NCBI GenBank assembly: GCA_965249275.1
Contig: CBDFLQ010000007.1
Coordinates: forward strand, 128,001-192,000
Length of the DNA stretch: 64,000 nt
Origin: Dehalococcoidia bacterium
GTDB lineage: Bacteria; Chloroflexota; Dehalococcoidia; Plut-88900
Reading direction: 5' to 3'
The position numbers and the translations under genes were made by a program. Within the stretch, counting starts at the first letter, position 1. Each line of letters begins with the position of its first letter. The notes beneath the pieces were generated by a model. It was given only the letters and a program-made list of their open reading frames with translations, had not been told where the DNA came from and ran no database searches. Shown here one piece after another: positions 59,317-64,000 of the stretch.

Positions 59317-59946
59317 CTAAGCCCGGAAGGCGAGCATAAGACCATCCCGCAGGGTAAGCAGAACGTTGTTGACCCGGGGGTCATTGGTAACGTAATCGTT
59401 CAAGGCGTTTATGGCCTTATCGCTCTCATCTTTCGGGTCCAAAACCTTCCCTCCCCACAGGGTGTTGTCCACTGCGATCACGCCTCTGGGCGCCAGCAAG
59501 TCGATGCATTTTACATAATAGTTCAGGTAGTTGGTCTTGTCGGCATCGATGAAGACGAGGTCGAAGGGGCCTTGGAGGGTGTCGATAGTGTCGAGAGCGG
59601 GGCCGACTCTTAGGTCGATCTTCTTGCCGTGGGGTGTCTTGGCGAAGAACTCGCGGGCCAGGGATCGAGGGGCTATGTCGCAGGTTATGAGTTCACCGTC
59701 CTCCGGGAGAGCATGTGCCATCATGAGGGCGCTGAATCCTGTGAAGGTGCCAATTTCCAGGACTCGCTTGGCTCCGGAAACTCGGATGAGTGCCTGGAGG
59801 AGGGTGCCGATGAGGCGGTCGGAAAGCATTTCGGCGTCGGGTGCCGAGTTGTAGGTCGCCTTTCTGAGTTCCTCCATGACTGGGGGGAGGGGGGTGGTGT
59901 GGTCGAAGGCGTAGTCGTCGATTTCTCGGGGGACGATGCCGATCAT
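59317..59946 (-). CDS. Class I SAM-dependent O-methyltransferase (caffeoyl-CoA OMT-like)
   Basis: LEIGTFTGFS, FIDADK, DNTLW, RDGL. Confidence 0.92.
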   Translation of the reverse strand: MIGIVPREIDDYAFDHTTPLPPVMEELRKATYNSAPDAEMLSDRLIGTLLQALIRVSGAKRVLEIGTFTGFSALMMAHALPEDGELITCDIAPRSLAREFFAKTPHGKKIDLRVGPALDTIDTLQGPFDLVFIDADKTNYLNYYVKCIDLLAPRGVIAVDNTLWGGKVLDPKDESDKAINALNDYVTNDPRVNNVLLTLRDGLMLAFRA

Positions 59947-59980
59947 GGATTACTCCTGTGGGGGGTGGGGGTCAATGGGT

Positions 59981-61114
59981 TTAGTTGAACCGGGGTATGA
60001 CCTGCTCGGTGAAGAGGGTTAGGCTTCGCATCACCTGCTGGAAGCTTAGCCCCGGGAAATTCAGGAAGAGGGCGATGTGCTGGCAGTTGAGCTCTGTGCG
60101 GTAGCGTTCGATCTGTTCTGCTACCGAGTCCGGGGTGCCGACCATTATGAGGTCGTGCTTCCTCTGGAAGTCGAACCAGTCCAGGTCTAAATCGCCGTCT
60201 TCTATTTCTCCCTCTATAAACGAATCTCTGGATGCCTTCATCGGGTCGCGCTTGTTCCACACGCCGAGCATGTTGGCCCCCGGCCTGACGGCCTCTAAGG
60301 CTTCTTCCATGGTGTCGGCGACGTAGGTGGCGATCATCACGGAGAGCTTATCGCCGAAGTTGTTCTCTTCGCCTCTCGCTTCCTTAGCGGCGTCGTAATA
60401 GGTGTTCCAGATTTCCCTTATCTTGCCGAGGGAGACGGTCTGGCACATGGTGGATATGCCTCGTCTGCCGGCCAACTTGTGGGAACTGTTGGAGGTTGAC
60501 ATCTGAAAGATGGGTGGGTGGGGTTTCTGGACAGGCTTGGGGTGTACGCCGAGAGCGACCATCTCGCCATCGTCGGCGTGGTAACGGGGGTCTCGGACCC
60601 ATTCGTTGGGTTCGTGCCAGCCGGGTTCAGGGAAAGTAAAGTGGTTGCCCTGATATTGGAAAGCTTCCTGTTTCCAGGCGTCTATGATGACATCCAAGGC
60701 CTCGTTGAAGAACTCGGAGTTGACCTTGGGGTTTCGCCGGTCTCCCGCCGAACTGAACTGGGCGGAGGCCCGGGTGTCGAAGCCACGGGCGATGCCGAAG
60801 TCGACACGGCCGTCAGTGAAATTGTCCAGGAGCGCGATGTCCTCCGCGACGCGCAGGGGATGCCAGTCGGGGAGGATGGTGCCGCACTGGCCGATTCTGA
60901 GGTGGTCGCTGTTCTTGATCAGGCCCGCGCCCATGAGAATGGGGTTGGGGGAGGCGCGGTACCAGCCGTCCCAGGCGAAGTGGTGCTCGGCGAGCCAGAG
61001 GCCTGTGAAGCCTCCCTGGTCGATGAGCTTAACCTCCTGGTGCATCTCGTCCATCAGGGTGTCCCAGGAATACTGCTCTCCGACGTGATAGTAGGGTGTG
61101 CAATCGAACCTCAT
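59981..61114 (-). CDS. LLM oxidoreductase (tandem paralog)
   Basis: WLAEHHFAWDGW, HPLRVAED, GRVDFGIARG. Confidence 0.92.
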   Translation of the reverse strand: MRFDCTPYYHVGEQYSWDTLMDEMHQEVKLIDQGGFTGLWLAEHHFAWDGWYRASPNPILMGAGLIKNSDHLRIGQCGTILPDWHPLRVAEDIALLDNFTDGRVDFGIARGFDTRASAQFSSAGDRRNPKVNSEFFNEALDVIIDAWKQEAFQYQGNHFTFPEPGWHEPNEWVRDPRYHADDGEMVALGVHPKPVQKPHPPIFQMSTSNSSHKLAGRRGISTMCQTVSLGKIREIWNTYYDAAKEARGEENNFGDKLSVMIATYVADTMEEALEAVRPGANMLGVWNKRDPMKASRDSFIEGEIEDGDLDLDWFDFQRKHDLIMVGTPDSVAEQIERYRTELNCQHIALFLNFPGLSFQQVMRSLTLFTEQVIPRFN

Positions 61115-61212
61115 TTGTCACCTCGTGTCTGGTCTGGGGTGGATGATCTTTGAAGAGTCCGAATCACCCTCACCCTAGCCCTCTCTCGTCAAGGGATAGG
61201 GGACTATTTTTG

Positions 61213-62346
61213 TTAAGCGAACTTGGGGATGATGCGGTCGGAGAAGAGGTGGAGGGAGTTCATGACCTGCTGGAATGATAGGCCGGGGAAGTTGAGGAAA
61301 AGGGCGATGTGCTGGCAGCGGGTCTTTGATTGGATGCGCTCAATCTGCTCGGAAACCGAGTCAGGTGAGCCGACCATGATCAGGTCGTGCTTGAGCTGGA
61401 AGTCGAACCAGTCGGAATCCAGGTCTCCTTCTTCCATCTCCTCTTCGATCAGTGTGGCCTGCCGAGCCTTGTGAGGGTTTACCGACGACCAGGCAGCGAG
61501 GCGGTTGGCACCGGGCCGCACGGCTTGAACTGCCTCTTCGTAGGTCTCGGCGAGGAAGGTTGGGCGCATGACGGCGACGCCCTCTCCGGTAGGGACGGGA
61601 CGCCCAAGCCTCCCGGAGGCTGCCTCGTTGTGGGCGGCGAAGGCCTCGTTGATTCTACCGGGGGACAGGGAGGCGCACATGGCGCTGTAACCCTTCTCTC
61701 CCGCGTAGCCGAAGGAGCCGACGGTTTCGGCCATGATGTAGACGGGAGGCCGGGGTTGTTGGTAGGGGCGGGGTGTGACGCCGAGGGCGATCAACTCACC
61801 GTCATCGGCGTGGTACTTGGGATCCCGAACCAGGGGGTTGGACTCATACCAGCCGGGTGTCGGGTAGGTGTAGAACTCGCCCTTGTAGGAAAAGGCGTCG
61901 TTTTCCAGGGCCTTGACTATGATTTCGAGGGCTTCTCGGAAGAGGGCGCGGTTGTGTTCCGGGTCTCGGCGGTCGGCTTCCTTGAAAAACTGGATGGTGG
62001 AGCGGGTGTTGATTCCCCGCCCTGCGCCGAAGTCGACGCGGCCCTTTGTCAGCTGGTCCAGGATGGCGATGTCCTCGGCGACGCGGATGGGGTTCCAGTC
62101 GGGGATGATGGTGCCGCACTGGCCGACACGCATCCTGTCGCTTTCGGCAATGAGGTCAGCGCCGACGAGGATGGGGTCGGTCGGGGCACGGTACCAGCCG
62201 TCCCAGGCGAAATGGTGCTCAGCGAGCCAGAGACCGGTGAAGCCGCCCTGGTCCATAAGGCGCACTTCTTCCCGCATCTCGCGGACCAAGGTCTGCCAGG
62301 AATAGTCCTCGCCGACGTGATAGTAGGGTGTGCTGTCGAACCTCAT
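61213..62346 (-). CDS. LLM oxidoreductase (tandem paralog)
   Basis: MRFDSTPYYH start; same motifs as its neighbours. Confidence 0.92.
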   Translation of the reverse strand: MRFDSTPYYHVGEDYSWQTLVREMREEVRLMDQGGFTGLWLAEHHFAWDGWYRAPTDPILVGADLIAESDRMRVGQCGTIIPDWNPIRVAEDIAILDQLTKGRVDFGAGRGINTRSTIQFFKEADRRDPEHNRALFREALEIIVKALENDAFSYKGEFYTYPTPGWYESNPLVRDPKYHADDGELIALGVTPRPYQQPRPPVYIMAETVGSFGYAGEKGYSAMCASLSPGRINEAFAAHNEAASGRLGRPVPTGEGVAVMRPTFLAETYEEAVQAVRPGANRLAAWSSVNPHKARQATLIEEEMEEGDLDSDWFDFQLKHDLIMVGSPDSVSEQIERIQSKTRCQHIALFLNFPGLSFQQVMNSLHLFSDRIIPKFA

Positions 62347-62414
62347 ATTCAACCTATTGCCGGGACTAGGAGCGCTGCCTAACGTTAAGTCTGCGGAGCT
62401 TTAAGGGATGGGAA

Positions 62415-62475
62415 TCACCCTCACCCTAACCCTCTCACGCCTCGGCGCATCTACGACCCGTCAAGGGAGAGGGGA
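62415..62475. repeat. TCACCCTCACCCT..CCCTCTCCC..AAGGGAGAGGG REP with a 21-bp insertion
   Basis: Insertion at 62437-62457; an uninserted sister unit at about 61164-61202. Confidence 0.75.
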
Positions 62476-62482
62476 TCAATTA

Positions 62483-63613
62483 TTAACTGAAGCGGGGGAT
62501 TACTTTTGAAGAGGCCAAGTCGAGAGAGTGCATGACCTGTTGGAAGGATAGGAGCGGGATATTTAGGAAGAAAGCGAGGTGGGGGCATCCGGTCTCGGTC
62601 TCCAGACGCTCGATCTGCTCGGAGACGGAATCAGGGGAGCCGACCAGGATGAGGTCGTGCTTGAGTTGGAAGTCGAACCAGTCCAAGTCCAGGTCGCCTT
62701 CTTCCAGCTCCTCTTCGCTGACCATTATCTTGCGGACTTTGTCGGGGTCGGTGGTTATCCAGGAGGCGAGGAGGTTTGTGCCTTCCCGGGCGTCGGCGAC
62801 GGCCTGTTCGTAGCTATCGGCTATATAGGTGGGGCGCATCACGGCCAGGTTTTGCCCGTAGGGCACATCGTGGCCTGCTGCTTCCGAGGCGGCGTTGTTG
62901 TAAGCCCGCCAGGCGTCTTTGATGCGCCCGTGGGAGATAGAGAAGCACATGGCTCCAATGCCCATGCGGGCTGAGTAGGCGTGGGAGCTCGAGGACTCGA
63001 CCATGTTGAAAACGGGAGGGTGGGGCCGTTGGAAGGGTTTCGGGGTGAGGCCCAGGGCCTTAAGCTCGCTGGTTTCGCTGTGAAATCTGGAGTCGCGGCC
63101 CAAGGGGTTGGTCTCCTGCCAGCCGGGAGCGGGATAGGTGAAGAACTCACCCTTGTATGAGAAGGCATCGTTCCGCCAAGCGCCGAGAATGACCTCAAGG
63201 GTCTCGTTGAAGAGGGAGCGGTGCTGTTCGTTTCGGCGGTCGGCTTCTTCCCGGAATTGGATGGTGGCACGATTGTTGATGCCTCGGGCCACGCCGAAAT
63301 CGACCCGGCCTCTGGTGAGTTGGTCGAGGAGGGCGATGTCCTCGGCAACGCGGATGGGGTTCCAGTCGGGGAGGATGGTGCCACACTGGCCGACTCGAAG
63401 CCGGTCACTTTCGTTGATCAGGTCGGCTCCGAGGAGGATGGGGTTGGGGGAGGCGCGGTACCAGCCGTCCCAGTGGAAGTGGTGCTCGGCGAGCCAGGTG
63501 CCGGTGAATCCACCCTGGTCCATGAGGCGGACCTCTTCCCGCATCTCGTCAACGAGGGTCTCCCAATCGTAGTCCTCGCCGACGTGGTAGTAAGGAGTGG
63601 AGTCGAACCGCAT
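62483..63613 (-). CDS. LLM oxidoreductase (tandem paralog)
   Basis: MRFDSTPYYH start; same motifs as its neighbours. Confidence 0.92.
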   Translation of the reverse strand: MRFDSTPYYHVGEDYDWETLVDEMREEVRLMDQGGFTGTWLAEHHFHWDGWYRASPNPILLGADLINESDRLRVGQCGTILPDWNPIRVAEDIALLDQLTRGRVDFGVARGINNRATIQFREEADRRNEQHRSLFNETLEVILGAWRNDAFSYKGEFFTYPAPGWQETNPLGRDSRFHSETSELKALGLTPKPFQRPHPPVFNMVESSSSHAYSARMGIGAMCFSISHGRIKDAWRAYNNAASEAAGHDVPYGQNLAVMRPTYIADSYEQAVADAREGTNLLASWITTDPDKVRKIMVSEEELEEGDLDLDWFDFQLKHDLILVGSPDSVSEQIERLETETGCPHLAFFLNIPLLSFQQVMHSLDLASSKVIPRFS

Positions 63614-63709
63614 ACCTAGTCTCCCGAGTCGAGTGTGCGTTGATGTTTAAGCAGGGTGCCGCCGCGGTGATTATATACCATGCCCTACGATTGCCGGGCG
63701 TTCCCCCTG

Positions 63710-64000
63710 CTACATAAACCGGGGCATCACCTTTTCGACGAAGAGGGTGAGGCTTCGCATGGTCTTTTCGAAGGTGAGGCCGGGGAAGTTGAGGAAGAGG
63801 GCCAGGTGTCCGCAGTTAACCGAGCTTTGGAGGTTCTCGATCTGCTCAGAGATGGTATCGGGGGTGCCGACGCAGACGAGGCCGTGCTTGAGTTGGAAGT
63901 CGAGCCAGGGGAGGTCGAAGTCGCCGGGGTCTAGCTCATCTTCGGTGGCCATGGCGGAGTAGGCTTTGACTGGGTTGTGGGAGTACCAGGCCCCGAGCTG
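63710..64000 (-). CDS. LLM oxidoreductase (tandem paralog; 3' part, runs off the window)
   Basis: DFQLKHGL..GTPD...HLALFLNFPGL C-terminus matches the three adjacent paralogs. Confidence 0.85.
   Translation of the reverse strand, partial: QLGAWYSHNPVKAYSAMATEDELDPGDFDLPWLDFQLKHGLVCVGTPDTISEQIENLQSSVNCGHLALFLNFPGLTFEKTMRSLTLFVEKVMPRFM

Overview
A high-GC, gene-dense bacterial window. It carries many paralogous luciferase-like monooxygenases (LLM), amidohydrolases, GMC oxidoreductases, CaiB CoA-transferases, SDRs and class IV aminotransferases, which suggests Chloroflexota/Dehalococcoidia of the SAR202 type (inference). It holds about 50 CDS and three complete IS elements (IS481, IS1182, IS5). 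I found no rRNA, tRNA or CRISPR array. The most unusual signals are non-coding. (1) A family of 21-22 bp micro-insertions (consensus about ACGCCNCGGCGCATCTNCGAC) sits precisely inside several unrelated REP-like palindromes and inside itself, up to three levels deep. (2) All asymmetric intergenic repeats are strand-polarised and flip together with a C-rich to G-rich skew switch at the IS5 element (about 47.3-48.5 kb). (3) Two small integrase-less cargo islets are each bounded by a duplicated 3' end of the neighbouring gene. (4) An LLM gene has an in-frame UGA followed by a bacterial-SECIS-like hairpin. All functional calls come from motif recognition by eye; no database searches were run.
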